Counted from the stretch's first letter, positions 1 through 14,499 are shown. The stretch is 64,000 nt of DNA from Candidatus Eiseniibacteriota bacterium (GCA_965224245.1 OZ245046.1:2912001-2976000); one strand, 5' to 3'. Made by a program: numbers and translations. Notes: generated by a model from the letters alone, not told the origin.

Positions 1-1240
1 CACCGAGCGCCGGCACGGGTCCGGCCCCGATCGCGATCACCGCGATGCCGGGCAGCAACATGGCGCCGAGCTGGATGGCCACCGTGAGGTTCTTGGCCCG
101 GAGGACGTCCTCGCCGGTGACGGGCAGGAGGAAATACCTCGCCACCCCGGCCCGATCGAAGCCGAACGCGTTGAACTGCGCCGGCGAGAGCACCAGGACC
201 GCGTATCCGATCGCCAGCCAGACCGCCCACTCGGGCGCTCCCCGGATCGCGTAGTACGCCGCGGCGCCCCAGGCGGCCAGGAGCGACACGTACAAATCGT
301 GATTGCGGAATGCGTACGCGATCTCCTTTCTGACGAGAGCGGCCGTCCGGGGCTGCACCAGCGGAAGCGGGAGCCGCATGCCTCGTCCCGGAGACGCGCG
401 ACCGATCTCGGGCACGACCAGAGACCGGCGTAGCGACCAGCGCGCGAGCGCGGCACACGCGAGCGTGAGCGCGGCGAACGGAAGAACCCCGAGGATCACG
501 TCACCGTCGATCGCGGCCCTCGCTGCCAGGGACGCCGGCGACCACCCCCGGAGCGACAGCAGGAGCCCCTCCCGGCCCGCCGCGTCGATGAGGAGGCGTT
601 CGTGATCCCAGAGTCGAATCACGAACGTGTCCTCGTGATGGACGAGCTTGACGCTGACCACGGCCACATACAGCGCGACGGCGAGCACGGCGCCGAGCAC
701 GCGACCGACCACGTTCGCCCGGCGGCTGGTCACCACGGCCCCCGCGGCCAGCTGGAGCGCGAGCCCGCCCAGCGCCGCCGACGACAGGAAGGCGAGCGCG
801 CCGATCGCGCCCACGATCGGTCGGGGAGCCGACGCGATCGGAACGAGGGCCGTGACCGCCACCAAGGTGAGCGCCCAGTACACGGGATGGAAGAGCCGCG
901 CCACGCCGAGGATCCCGAGGAGGCCACCGTGGGTGATCGGAAACCGTACGAAGCGGCTCGCGGTGACGCCCTCGCCGGCGACGCCGGCGGCCTGGCTGAA
1001 CATCGGCACGAGGAAGAGCCCCGCGGCCGCAACTCCGAGGACCATGGCCACGCCGGCCCTGGCGGGATCGAGGAGGTCGCGGCGGAGGAATCCGATCGCG
1101 ACGGCGTCCACCCCGGCCAGAACGAGGCACGTCATGACCCCCATCACGGCGACGAACACGAGATTGCCCGCTCTCGCCCGTCCCTTGCCCGTCAGCACGC
1201 GCCACTGTGCACGCCAGATGTAGGGCGCAAGCCGCCTCAC
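1..1240 (-). CDS. ABC transporter permease-like membrane protein (partial, runs off window)
   Basis: GTG at 1240 overlaps the ATPase stop (GTGA). Hand translation MRRLAPYIWRAQWRVLTGKGRARAGNLVFVAVMGVMTCLVLA is hydrophobic. Absent from the ORF track because there is no stop in the window. Confidence 0.75.
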   Translation of the reverse strand, partial: MRRLAPYIWRAQWRVLTGKGRARAGNLVFVAVMGVMTCLVLAGVDAVAIGFLRRDLLDPARAGVAMVLGVAAAGLFLVPMFSQAAGVAGEGVTASRFVRFPITHGGLLGILGVARLFHPVYWALTLVAVTALVPIASAPRPIVGAIGALAFLSSAALGGLALQLAAGAVVTSRRANVVGRVLGAVLAVALYVAVVSVKLVHHEDTFVIRLWDHERLLIDAAGREGLLLSLRGWSPASLAARAAIDGDVILGVLPFAALTLACAALARWSLRRSLVVPEIGRASPGRGMRLPLPLVQPRTAALVRKEIAYAFRNHDLYVSLLAAWGAAAYYAIRGAPEWAVWLAIGYAVLVLSPAQFNAFGFDRAGVARYFLLPVTGEDVLRAKNLTVAIQLGAMLLPGIAVIAIGAGPVPALG

Positions 1241-1992
1241 CCGAGCCACGACAGCTCTCCCGACGTGGGCGCGGACCGACCGACGGCCGCCACGAAGGCG
1301 TCCTCCAGCGTGTGGCCCTCGGAGGCCAGCGCGTCGAGCGTCGTGTCGCGGACGACGCGGCCGGCGGAGATGATCGCGACGCGCGTGGCCAGGCGTTCGA
1401 CGATCTCCAGGATGTGCGACGTCAGGAAGATCGTCACCCCGCGCCGGTTCAGGTCCAGCAGCAGGTCGCGGATCCTCCGGCCCGCCACCGGATCGATCCC
1501 CTCGAAGGGCTCGTCCAGAAACAAGACGCGCGGGTTGTGGATCAGCGCCAGCGCGAGGGCCAGCTTCTTCTTCATGCCCGTCGACGCGTCCACGGCATGG
1601 GTGCCGCGATCGTCCCAGAGCTCGAGAAACCGGAGGAGATCCTCGGAGCGGAGCGCCGTCTCCGCGTCGTCGAGATCGGTCGCGCGACCCGCCAGCTCCA
1701 GGTGCTCGATCAGCGAGAGTCGCTCGAAGAGCGCGAGGTCGTCCGGCACGACACCGATGCAACGCTTCACGTCCACGAGCGACGATCCGATCGAGTGCCC
1801 GAGGATCTCGACGTCACCGGCCGTGGGCTCCAGGAGGCCGGTCATCATCCGGACGGTGGTGGTCTTGCCCGCGCCGTTCGGTCCGAGAAAGGCGAAGAAC
1901 GAGCCGGCCGGAACGTCCAGCGACACGTCGTCGACGGCGGTGGTCGCGCCGAAGCGGCGGGTCAGATTCGTGAGCCGGATGGCGATGTCCAA
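1237..1992 (-). CDS. ABC transporter ATP-binding protein
   Basis: Walker A GPNGAGKTT, signature STGMKKK, Walker B LFLDEP, H-loop SH. Confidence 0.95.
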   Translation of the reverse strand: MDIAIRLTNLTRRFGATTAVDDVSLDVPAGSFFAFLGPNGAGKTTTVRMMTGLLEPTAGDVEILGHSIGSSLVDVKRCIGVVPDDLALFERLSLIEHLELAGRATDLDDAETALRSEDLLRFLELWDDRGTHAVDASTGMKKKLALALALIHNPRVLFLDEPFEGIDPVAGRRIRDLLLDLNRRGVTIFLTSHILEIVERLATRVAIISAGRVVRDTTLDALASEGHTLEDAFVAAVGRSAPTSGELSWLG

Positions 1993-2085
1993 CGAGTGCT
2001 CCCATCGGTGGGCGCGCGCGGTCCGGGGTAGGCCACGACGCGACGTGATCGTCGGGAGAGATCGCCCCTCCGGGCGACACGGCGG

Positions 2086-3912
2086 CTACGGGGCACGAAC
2101 GATCTTGATCGAGCGCCGGCCGAGGGGTGTCTCGAGTCGCACGACGTACAGTCCCGGAGGCGGCGCACCGCCGGGGCCGGCCGTCCCGCTCCATCGGACT
2201 CGATGGTGACCGGCGGCTCGATCGCCGCGATCGAGTGTGTGCACGCGGCGACCGCGCACGTCGAAGGCCGCCAGCTCGATCCGACCGGGGACGCCGAGCG
2301 TGTACACGATCTCGACCGGCCCCGGCGCGGGGCTGGCGGTGAGGGCACGCAGTGTCGGCAGCCGCGTCGTCGCGGCGTGCGCGTCCGTCGCGTCGGTGTC
2401 GGCGACGCCGATCGTGCCGTCCCCGGAGACGATCCGGAGCGCGATCGGCGGCCGGCCCGGGAAGTCGTTGCCCAGTCCCGATCGCGACATCGACGGCAAG
2501 CCGTCGGAGACCGTGCTCACGCTCGCGAGATAGTGATTGTCGTCGTTCGCGGTCAGACGCACCCAGTGGCGACCCTCGGGCAGGGCGACCTCGATCTGGA
2601 TCGTGACCCATCGCGACGCGAACCGGAAGAAAGTGTCTCCCGAGGCCAGCGGCGCCGTCTCGTCGGGATAGCTCGTCCCGTCGTCGGGCAGGAGCGTGGC
2701 CGTGAAGCCCTCGGCGCGATACGTCCACGTGACGCCGTCGAGCCGGACCTCGGCCACGTCCCAGCCCCCCGGGGGAACGTCGAACGGCTGGAACACGATC
2801 CACCGCTGGTTCTCGGGGGCGCCGCCGAGCTGCAGCCCGGGGTTCGTGACGTCGAGGCTCTGATCCAGAAGGTAGTCCGGGTCGGTACAGGGATCGGTCT
2901 CGCACTCGTCGGGAATGCCGTTCGCGTTGCAGTCGTCGCTGAATCCCGATTCGACGTCGTCGAGGTCACGGACACCGTTGCCGTTGCAGTCGGCGACGGG
3001 CTGGGGAACGTCCGCGTCCAGCACCAGCGCGCTCGGTGAGAAGCCGACCGGTGCGGTGTAGATCGTGCTCACGCCCGAGCCGTCGAGGGCGCCGCGCATC
3101 ACGACGTCGCGGAGATCGTCGCAGACCACGTAGGTGGACCCCGCGAGATCCAGCGCGATGTCGCCGAGTCCGTTGGATCCGCCATCGTCGGGCGAGAAGT
3201 CGGTCACCACCGTGAAGTCGGAGTCGTCGAGCCCGGCGCGGCACACGACGTCCTCGATCGTGTCGGCGCCGATCCAGTACACGTGGCCGGCGGCCACGTC
3301 CAGTGCGACGGCCCTGGCCGTGCTGACACCGGTGACGACCACGCGCGGGAGGAACGGTGGCCCGTCGAGGTTGACCCGGAGGATCCGATCGTTCGATGCG
3401 AAGTAGACCCACCCGTTGACGACATCGACCGTGGGTCGGCCGATCTTCGACAGGACCGGATCGTAGTCGGGATCCAGATAGACCGTCTCGGGGGTCCCGC
3501 CGCCGGCGGGCGCCCGCTGGATCATGCCGCCGGCCGTGCCGGTCGGGGGTGACGCCGCCCAGTACAGCATGCCGGCCGAGGGATCGAGAGCCAGTCCGCG
3601 CGGGTTCTTCAGTCCCGACACGAGCAGCTCCCGGGCGCTGCCGTCGAGGTTCGCCCGACGGACGAGCCCTGGCGTCGAGCCGTGAGTCCAGTAGACCTTT
3701 CCGGCGTCGGGATCCACCCCGACGCCCACCAGAAGCCAGTCCGATGCCGGAATCTCCTGGCCCGCGTCGAACAGCGGCGCGACCCCCGAGCCGTCGAGCG
3801 CCATGGTCTGCAGCGTGGGCTCCTCGAACTTGTACTCGGTGAACACGATCGCATCCTGGGCGAGGGCGTTCGAGCACGCGAGGACGCAGAGCGTGAGGGC
3901 GGCAAGGCGCAT
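2086..3912 (-). CDS. Secreted YWTD-like beta-propeller protein with DCNxNG repeats and FlgD/Ig-like C-terminal domain
   Basis: Signal peptide MRLAALTLCVLACSNALA; repeats KVYWT/MLYWA/HVYWI; DCNGNG and DCNANG; tail FDVRGRRVHTL...W.G...PPGLYVVRL. Confidence 0.75.
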   Translation of the reverse strand: MRLAALTLCVLACSNALAQDAIVFTEYKFEEPTLQTMALDGSGVAPLFDAGQEIPASDWLLVGVGVDPDAGKVYWTHGSTPGLVRRANLDGSARELLVSGLKNPRGLALDPSAGMLYWAASPPTGTAGGMIQRAPAGGGTPETVYLDPDYDPVLSKIGRPTVDVVNGWVYFASNDRILRVNLDGPPFLPRVVVTGVSTARAVALDVAAGHVYWIGADTIEDVVCRAGLDDSDFTVVTDFSPDDGGSNGLGDIALDLAGSTYVVCDDLRDVVMRGALDGSGVSTIYTAPVGFSPSALVLDADVPQPVADCNGNGVRDLDDVESGFSDDCNANGIPDECETDPCTDPDYLLDQSLDVTNPGLQLGGAPENQRWIVFQPFDVPPGGWDVAEVRLDGVTWTYRAEGFTATLLPDDGTSYPDETAPLASGDTFFRFASRWVTIQIEVALPEGRHWVRLTANDDNHYLASVSTVSDGLPSMSRSGLGNDFPGRPPIALRIVSGDGTIGVADTDATDAHAATTRLPTLRALTASPAPGPVEIVYTLGVPGRIELAAFDVRGRRVHTLDRGDRAAGHHRVRWSGTAGPGGAPPPGLYVVRLETPLGRRSIKIVRAP

Positions 3913-4131
3913 CGTGAGATCTCCCGGTCGTGACGTCGCCGATCGGGGCGGAGCAGCCGGCACCGCTCACGACAGTAGCACAGGACTTGATGTTCGTCCG
4001 CGCCGCGTGCTCGAATGATCGCTCGTGACGGGGCGCGACGGTTGCGATCCCCGACCTCGCGGCGCCCCGCGACGGGTCGCCGCGATCGGGTCGGAGAGCC
4101 GTGATCGGCGTGACACACCGAGGAGGTCCCC

Positions 4132-4779
4132 TTGGAGCTCGACCCGCGGCGGCTCACCGTCGCCGAGCGGTACAAGCTTCTGATCGGTGCGATCGTGCCG
4201 CGCCCGATCGCGTTGGTATCGACGCGCTCGGCGACCGGCGTCGACAACCTCGCGCCGTTCTCGTTCTTCAACGGCGTCGGCTCCGATCCGATGTGCCTCG
4301 TCGTCTGCCCCGGCGGAAACGCGGAAGGCTCGGACAAGGACACGCTTCGCAACCTGCTTCCGCCCGAGGAGCACGGCACCGGCGTGTTCGTGGTGAACGC
4401 GGCCGTGGAAGGCTACGCCCGACAGGTCGCCGCCGCCGGCGAGCCCTTGCCCGAGAGCGAGAGCGAGTTCGAGCTCGTCGGTCTCACGCCGGCGGCGTCG
4501 GTTCGGGTGTCCGCGCCGCGCGTGGCCGAGGCGCCCGTGTCCTTCGAGTGCGAGACGCGACACGTGTATCGCACGTCGCCCGGTCGCCCCGGCGGCGGAA
4601 CGGTCGTGGTCGGAGAGGTCGTGTACGTTCACGTGGACGACACCCTCGTGGACGAGCGGCTTCGACTCGACCCCCAGCGTCTGATGGCCATCGGTCGCAT
4701 GGGGGGACGGGGATACTGTCGCGCCCGCGTCGACTTCCAGCTCTCGCCGGATCGGCGCGCGCTGTCCGAGGAGCTCTGA
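4132..4779 (+). CDS. Flavin reductase-like (DIM6/NTAB family) protein
   Basis: YKLLIGAIVPRPIALVST, NLAPFSFFN, KDTLRN, IGRMGG motifs. Confidence 0.9.
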   Translation: MELDPRRLTVAERYKLLIGAIVPRPIALVSTRSATGVDNLAPFSFFNGVGSDPMCLVVCPGGNAEGSDKDTLRNLLPPEEHGTGVFVVNAAVEGYARQVAAAGEPLPESESEFELVGLTPAASVRVSAPRVAEAPVSFECETRHVYRTSPGRPGGGTVVVGEVVYVHVDDTLVDERLRLDPQRLMAIGRMGGRGYCRARVDFQLSPDRRALSEEL

Positions 4780-4837
4780 GCGAGGTCGCGTCGCGGGACG
4801 GCGCGACCGCGCGACGTGTGGGACGCTCACGACTGGA

Positions 4838-8365
<3,528 letters not shown>

Positions 8366-8412
8366 CGCGGCGCGCGCGGCCCGAGGGCCGTCCCGCCGTC
8401 CCGCCACGGCGG

Positions 8413-10218
8413 TCAGACCGGTAGCGTCAGCACGAAGCAGGCGCCGCTCGGGTGACCGCCCGCCAGCGCGAGATCGCCCCCCAGATGGCGAGCCAGACCG
8501 CGCGCCAGGGCCAGCCCCAGCCCGATGCCGGGCTTGTCGCTCTGTCCGTTGGCTCCCCGGTCGAAGGGCGCGAAGATCGCGCGCGCGCACGAGGGCGACA
8601 CGCCGGGACCGCGATCACACACCGAGAGCCGGAGCGTCCGTCGTCTCTGCTCGACCACGAGACGAACACCTGCCTCGCCCGGCCGTCGCGCGTACTTGCA
8701 CGCGTTGTCCACGAGGTTCATCAGGATCTGGCCGACCGCCTCGACGTCGGTCTCGATGCGCGTGTTCCCGCCCGCGTCGCACTCGACCTCGAGCGCCATT
8801 TCCGCCTCCTCGGCCCGGCGCCGGAGCGGAGCCGCGACCCGGGCCACCAGCGAATCGACGTCGAGGACCTCGGTCCGACGCGGGGACCGGCCCTCCTCCA
8901 GCCGGGCGTACGACAGGACGTTCTCGACCAGGGTCGCCAGCCGACCCGACTCGGTGCGCAGCGTCTCCAGGTACTCCCGTCGCTGATCGGCGTCGGTGAT
9001 CATGTTTCCGGCGAGCATGTCGGTGTAGAGCTGGAAGGTCGTCAACGGGGTGCGGAGCTCGTGCGTCACCGCCGATGCGAACCGACTGCGTCGCTCGCCG
9101 AAGTGGATGCTCGATCGCAGCGTCACCGCCACCGCGATCAATCCGGCGAGCACCCCGAGCCAGGTCGAGGCCAGGATGGTGTGCGATGGGCTGCCGACGG
9201 TCGGTCCGACACCCGACAGGGCCGGCAGCTCCAGGTAGGCCGGGATCGTCGCGAGCATCGATCCGGTATCCCGGCGGTCCCGTGATGCGAGGGGAGCCGG
9301 GGTCAGCGACGCGCCGGTCACCAGGTCCTCGATTCGGGAGAGAAGCGATTCGCGCAGCACGGGCCAGTCGCAGAGAAAGCCCTGGAAGTACTCGCGATCC
9401 TCGACGCGGACCCGCCGGATGAACACGAGCCGCGGGTCGCGAACGCCGCCGTCGCCGAGCCAGATCGGAACCAGCGTGCCCACGCGCACGTCCGCGGGAC
9501 GTCCCGCGTCCAGGAGGCTCGGCGCGGTCGACTGGGACCGTTCGGCCGCCTGCTCGAGCGTCTTCTCGTACGTTCCGCGCCGCGTCGTCCACTCCTGCGC
9601 GTTGCGGAGCATCTGGAACTCGGCCGGTGGCGAGTCGTCGAGAGCGGGGACCTGCGCGTGAACGCGTTCGCCGACCGCGATGCGGGGCTCGGCGGACTCG
9701 GACTCCGCGACGCAGCTCGCCAGATCGGTCCCCGTCAGAACGGCCGCGACCGAGTCGAGCACCGCGCGATTGGCGTCGATCCGGCTCCCGTCGAGGTAGC
9801 CGGCCTCGGCGAGATCGCGCAGGTTGGCCCTCGGGGCCTGGGGCGAGGTGACCTCGCCGTCGGGCGAGACCTGGAAGTGGATCCTGAGGATCTCCGAGCG
9901 GAACGACAGGAGTGGTGACGGCGTCAGCACGTCGCCGGGCTCGATCGCGGCCAGGAGACGCGTGTACGCCCGCCGCGGGGCGAAGAACGGTGCGTAGTCG
10001 AAGTACGGCCGGGCGGCCTCGCGCGCGAGCTCGGGTGCGAGGTCGGAGTCCATGCGCCACAGCGCGAGCCTCAGCGTCTCCTGGCGAACGGCGTCGGCAC
10101 GCGCCGCGGACTCGGCGCGCTCGAGCCGGAGCACGGTCCACGTCGTCCACACCAGCGCCGCCACGACGACGGCCGCGCACGCGGCGTAGATTCCCCACCA
10201 GCGCCGTCGGGTGCTCAT
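8413..10218 (-). CDS. Sensor histidine kinase (HisKA-HATPase)
   Basis: H-box VTHELRTPL, N-box NLVDNACKY, DRGPG, GIGLGL; two TM segments. ATG 10218 overlaps the regulator stop. Confidence 0.92.
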   Translation of the reverse strand: MSTRRRWWGIYAACAAVVVAALVWTTWTVLRLERAESAARADAVRQETLRLALWRMDSDLAPELAREAARPYFDYAPFFAPRRAYTRLLAAIEPGDVLTPSPLLSFRSEILRIHFQVSPDGEVTSPQAPRANLRDLAEAGYLDGSRIDANRAVLDSVAAVLTGTDLASCVAESESAEPRIAVGERVHAQVPALDDSPPAEFQMLRNAQEWTTRRGTYEKTLEQAAERSQSTAPSLLDAGRPADVRVGTLVPIWLGDGGVRDPRLVFIRRVRVEDREYFQGFLCDWPVLRESLLSRIEDLVTGASLTPAPLASRDRRDTGSMLATIPAYLELPALSGVGPTVGSPSHTILASTWLGVLAGLIAVAVTLRSSIHFGERRSRFASAVTHELRTPLTTFQLYTDMLAGNMITDADQRREYLETLRTESGRLATLVENVLSYARLEEGRSPRRTEVLDVDSLVARVAAPLRRRAEEAEMALEVECDAGGNTRIETDVEAVGQILMNLVDNACKYARRPGEAGVRLVVEQRRRTLRLSVCDRGPGVSPSCARAIFAPFDRGANGQSDKPGIGLGLALARGLARHLGGDLALAGGHPSGACFVLTLPV

Positions 10219-10928
10219 GCCGGCTCCGTGGTGACCGCATCGCCGAGGCGATAGCCCTTGCCCCGGACCGTCAGCACGATCGTCGGCCTCGCCGGGTCGT
10301 CCTCGACCTTCTCGCGCAGCCTCGCCACGTGCATGTCGACGGTCCGTGTCTGGATCCCGCTGGGGTTGATGGACCAGACGCGGTGCAGAAGCTCGTCCCG
10401 ATCCACCGTGCGCCCGCCGCTGGCCGCCAGGTAGCGGAGAATGGCCACGTCGCGTTCGGTCAGGGACACCGCTCCCGCGCGCGGACCCGACACGCGCCGG
10501 CGCTCCAGATCGATCCGCCGGTCGCCGGCGACGAGGACGCGAACGTCGGTGGGGCGCTCGGGCGATCGGCGGAGCACGGCCTCCACGCGTGCGATGACCT
10601 CCCTCGCACTGAACGGCTTGACGACGTAGTCGTCCGCGCCCGCGGTGAGTCCGCGGACGCGCTCCTCCTCGGCACCCCGTGCCGTCACCATGATGACGGC
10701 CAGCGTGGGCCGGGCGCGGCGCAGCTCCTCGAGCACCGCGAACCCGTCCTTGCCGGGCAGCATCACGTCCAGGAGAACCAGGTCGACCGGTGACTCGGTC
10801 GCCGCGTCGACGGCACGGTCGCCGTGGGCGCACTCGAGGAGGTCGTACCCGGCGAACCTCAGTGCGTCGACGAGCCCGCGCCGGATCGCGGCGTCGTCCT
10901 CCACCACGAGTATGAGCGGTGTCGCCAT
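10215..10928 (-). CDS. OmpR/PhoB-family response regulator
   Basis: VVEDD, LLDVMLP, ADDYVVKPF, RTVDMHVARLREK, TVRGKGY. Confidence 0.95.
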   Translation of the reverse strand: MATPLILVVEDDAAIRRGLVDALRFAGYDLLECAHGDRAVDAATESPVDLVLLDVMLPGKDGFAVLEELRRARPTLAVIMVTARGAEEERVRGLTAGADDYVVKPFSAREVIARVEAVLRRSPERPTDVRVLVAGDRRIDLERRRVSGPRAGAVSLTERDVAILRYLAASGGRTVDRDELLHRVWSINPSGIQTRTVDMHVARLREKVEDDPARPTIVLTVRGKGYRLGDAVTTEPA

Positions 10929-10957
10929 CGACATCCCCGACTGGCTGTGCCGCCACG

Positions 10958-12139
10958 CTAGCGGGCGGCGGCGGTCTCGGTCTCGAACTCGAACCCCCTG
11001 GACTCGGCCTGAGACCGGACGGCCGCGAGGACCGCGTGGTCGAACGACCGTGACCGGTCCAGGGCCGCCCGCGCCAGCTCGTCGGCCACGAACGCATCGC
11101 GCTTCGCGCCGAGCTCGGCGATCTCGGCCTGGATGTCCTCCCGCGCGCGCTTCCGGTCGGCCACGTACGCGGCCCTCTCCTCAGGCGTCATCTCGCGCAT
11201 GAACTCGGGCAGGACGTCGGCCTCGAGATCCGCCAGCGTCACCTGCCCCGAGCTGCACGCATCCACGAGATCCCAGCTGCACGCGTACAGCGCCGAGGCC
11301 TTCGTCTTCGCCCGACAGGCGGCCGCGGCCGAGTTCAGTCCGGTCGCGTTCGCGTCCTGCGCGCGCTGGTTCTCGAGCCCGGCCGCGCCCGCGTCGCCGA
11401 ATGGCACGTACGTCTCGTTGAGGGCCGCGCTCAGCTGCGTGAGCTCCTCGTCGAACGGCGATTCCACGACCACGGTTCCGTCGTTCTGGTCGATGGTCGC
11501 GAAATGACCGTCGGCCAGGAGCGCCACGTCGCGCCAGCCCGGCGCCTCGGTGTCCGTCGGACGGCCGCAGTAGATCGCGTTCACCAGGATACCCCGCCCG
11601 ATCAGATCCCGACAGACGTCCTCGTACGGCATCTCGGCGTCCTGGTGCGCCGATTCGTTGCCGGCCACGATCGCCAGCCTGAGCGCATCCGGCGACGGCG
11701 TCCAGTCGAGCTGTCCGGCGATGCGCAGGACGCGCCCCACGTACTCGGTGCCACCGTTCGTGGTCAGCGCGAAGAGCCGCTCCGACACGCGATCCAGATC
11801 GTCCGTGAACGGCACGTCGACCGCGACCCATCCGTTCTCGGGCAGATGGCCGTCGTTGCCGAACGTGACCACGGCCACGCGCAGCTCCGGCATGGGATCG
11901 GCGAGCGCGAGGTCGTTCACGATGGCCCAGAGCTTCTGTCTCGCCGCGTCGATGAGGCCGCTCATGCTGCCGCTGGTGTCGAGGCAGATGGCCAGGTCGA
12001 TCTCGCGGCGCTCCACGGACGGAGGCGCGGCGTCCGCGACGGGTGTGCCCGCGATCGGGCCGCCGGCGAGCGCCGCCAGGAGGACGGCGCCCAGCGAGAG
12101 CGCGGTCGTCCGGCCGCGCGGGGTGGAACTTCCAAGCAT
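10958..12139 (-). CDS. Secreted vWA-domain protein
   Basis: RBS GGAGGAG before ATG 12139; signal-like N-terminus; MIDAS DTSGSM. Confidence 0.85.
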   Translation of the reverse strand: MLGSSTPRGRTTALSLGAVLLAALAGGPIAGTPVADAAPPSVERREIDLAICLDTSGSMSGLIDAARQKLWAIVNDLALADPMPELRVAVVTFGNDGHLPENGWVAVDVPFTDDLDRVSERLFALTTNGGTEYVGRVLRIAGQLDWTPSPDALRLAIVAGNESAHQDAEMPYEDVCRDLIGRGILVNAIYCGRPTDTEAPGWRDVALLADGHFATIDQNDGTVVVESPFDEELTQLSAALNETYVPFGDAGAAGLENQRAQDANATGLNSAAAACRAKTKASALYACSWDLVDACSSGQVTLADLEADVLPEFMREMTPEERAAYVADRKRAREDIQAEIAELGAKRDAFVADELARAALDRSRSFDHAVLAAVRSQAESRGFEFETETAAAR

Positions 12140-12183
12140 GTCGTCTCCTCCTCGAAGCGGCGCACGCGGACTCGCGTGCGCGA

Positions 12184-14499
12184 TCAACATCCCTTCGTGA
12201 CCAGCACCGCGAGACCGTCCAGGCTCAGCAGGACCTGGCCCGGCAGCGACAGGACGCCCTGACGTCCCTCGGCTGCGAGTCGGCGGGTCAGCTCGGCGTG
12301 CTCGTCCGATCCGATCGCGATCACCCGGTGGGGCTCGGGCAGAGCTCGAACCAGAGGATCGAGGAGGCGCGAGTCGATCCACCGAGCATTGCTCCGGAAG
12401 AACGTGCGGTCGCCGATCTGCCGCACCGAGGCGAAGTCGACCACATCGAACGTCCCGTCCAGGAACCGGTTCAGGGGGTTCAGAACGGCCTGTCTCTTCC
12501 GGATTCCCTGATTGACGGCCTGGCTCAGCGCGCCGAGCCCCGTGCGCTCGCGCACCGCGCGCCGGTCGAGCTCGCGCTCGCAGCTGGCGGCCAGTGCGTC
12601 CGGATCGCCGAGGACGGTGCCCTCGGTGGCCAGAAACGCGGTGTACTCGGTCAGGATTCCGAACTCGGTGGACAGGCGCACGATCTCGCCCACGATCTCG
12701 CGGCGGCGAGGATCGTCGGCGCGCCCGACGGCGGCGAAGCGGGTACGGTCGTCGTCCGCGCCCGACTGACGAATCTCGTCCACGAGCGTCGCGATCCGTC
12801 GGCTCGCCCAGAGCCTGGGCACGAACGCGTGTCGCGTGGTCGCCCGGTCCGGATCGAGCGTGACCCGCCGCTCGCGGACGTCCCCGCGCCGATCGCCGGT
12901 ATCGCCCGCGAGCACGAACGTGATCGGCGTCCTCCCCCGGTAGCGACCGAGCACGATCAGCTGCTCGTCTTCGAAGAGATCGGGCAGCACGCTCGGCTCG
13001 AGCTGCCGGACACGCGACGACGAGGCCCGTCCCCGGGAGTCGAGCACGTCCAGCGTCGGCCCGGCGAGCAGCGGCCCGTGCAGACGGTGAAACACGCGGG
13101 AGAGCGTCTCGTCCAGCGCGTCGGCGCTCGGAACGTAGGTCGCGGATCCCCGCGTGACCTCGGCGATGCGGTCCAGGAGCGGCGCGTTCACGTCCGCGCC
13201 GACGCCGACGGTGAAGACCCGCCGGCCGTGAGGGTTCGCCGATGCCACCATCTCTCGAATCGACCGCTCCCCGGTGCGGCCGATCGTCGGGAGACCGTCG
13301 GTGAGGAACACCACGATCGGCAACGTCGACGGGGTCGGCGGCTGCCCGAGCGCCTCCAGGAGGGCGTCGTGGATGTTCGTGCCCCCGCTCGGCCGGAGCG
13401 AGCGGAGGTACTCCCGGGCCGCGTTCGCGCTCCGTGCGCGACGCGTGACGGGCTCCGGCGCGAACATGGACACGGACGACGCGTAGTCCACGACGTTGAA
13501 CGCCTCCCCCACCTCGAGCTCGTTCACGAACGCGAGCGCTGCGGCTCGGGCTTGATCCATCGCGTGGCCGGCCATGCTGCCCGACCGGTCGAGAACGATC
13601 GTCACCTCGCGCGCGATGGCCGGTCGGGATCGCTCTGACGAGCGCGCGGCCCCCGCCATCAGGAGGAAGTACCCGCCGGCACCGTCGGGATCGGGGTACG
13701 CGAAGACCGACGCCGCGAGCCCGGCATCGTCGTCGTCGCGATCACGGGCCGAGAGGATCGCCAGCCGAAACGGACCGGGGGCCGGCGCGCCGTCCAGCCG
13801 TACCGCGACGTGGCGGGGCGACACGCGGTCGCGATCCACGTGGTGAGTCGGCGAGTAGACCGCGGCGATCGGATCCTCCGTGCGGACGTCCACGTCGATC
13901 GTCCACGCGGCGTGCGACTCCAGCGACTCGCTCCGCGGCAGCACGTAGTCGATTCGATCCCCGTCCCCGGCCAGGAGATGCTCGTACATGATGCGGACGC
14001 GTCGCGTCCCCGACGGCGCGATCGGGAATACGCTGGAACGGACGAGGTCGTGCCCCGCGAACTCGAGCAGCGCCGGATCCAGGACGCGGGCGACGATGGC
14101 GTCGTAGAGATCTCGCGCGGCGCGATCGCGCATCACGACGGCCGTCGCGTCGTCCGCGTTCCCTTCGAACGCGAACCCACTGACCACGGCGCCACGGGGG
14201 AGCGGGACCAGGAGCGCGGCCTCGTCCAGCCGCGGCCCGGCGTTCTCGACCTCGACGTCGAGCGTGGTTCGAGCGACCCGATCCCGGATGTCGACCCGGA
14301 CCGCGACCGCGCGAACCTCGACGGTGCCGGGTCGCTCCGAGATCGCGAATCCCCGCACCTGCGGAATCACCACGTGCGACGCCCCCCCGAGCGCTCGAAC
14401 GGGGTCGTCGACGACGGCCCCCGCGGAGCCGATCACGTGAACGGCCGCGCCGGCGGCCAGCAGCATCGGACGTGACCCTCGGCGGATTGCCTTCATCAT
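12184..14499 (-). CDS. VIT + vWA domain protein (inter-alpha-trypsin inhibitor-like)
   Basis: VIT-like N-terminus (DPALLEF); MIDAS DRSGSM, GGTNIHDAL, FLTDGLPT, RLWASRRI; RBS GAGGAGGT. Confidence 0.88.
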   Translation of the reverse strand: MMKAIRRGSRPMLLAAGAAVHVIGSAGAVVDDPVRALGGASHVVIPQVRGFAISERPGTVEVRAVAVRVDIRDRVARTTLDVEVENAGPRLDEAALLVPLPRGAVVSGFAFEGNADDATAVVMRDRAARDLYDAIVARVLDPALLEFAGHDLVRSSVFPIAPSGTRRVRIMYEHLLAGDGDRIDYVLPRSESLESHAAWTIDVDVRTEDPIAAVYSPTHHVDRDRVSPRHVAVRLDGAPAPGPFRLAILSARDRDDDDAGLAASVFAYPDPDGAGGYFLLMAGAARSSERSRPAIAREVTIVLDRSGSMAGHAMDQARAAALAFVNELEVGEAFNVVDYASSVSMFAPEPVTRRARSANAAREYLRSLRPSGGTNIHDALLEALGQPPTPSTLPIVVFLTDGLPTIGRTGERSIREMVASANPHGRRVFTVGVGADVNAPLLDRIAEVTRGSATYVPSADALDETLSRVFHRLHGPLLAGPTLDVLDSRGRASSSRVRQLEPSVLPDLFEDEQLIVLGRYRGRTPITFVLAGDTGDRRGDVRERRVTLDPDRATTRHAFVPRLWASRRIATLVDEIRQSGADDDRTRFAAVGRADDPRRREIVGEIVRLSTEFGILTEYTAFLATEGTVLGDPDALAASCERELDRRAVRERTGLGALSQAVNQGIRKRQAVLNPLNRFLDGTFDVVDFASVRQIGDRTFFRSNARWIDSRLLDPLVRALPEPHRVIAIGSDEHAELTRRLAAEGRQGVLSLPGQVLLSLDGLAVLVTKGC

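Noticed and set aside
10219-11097. N-terminal extension of the 894-aa kinase ORF
   Set aside because: Overlaps the response regulator out of frame; the real start is the coupled ATG at 10218
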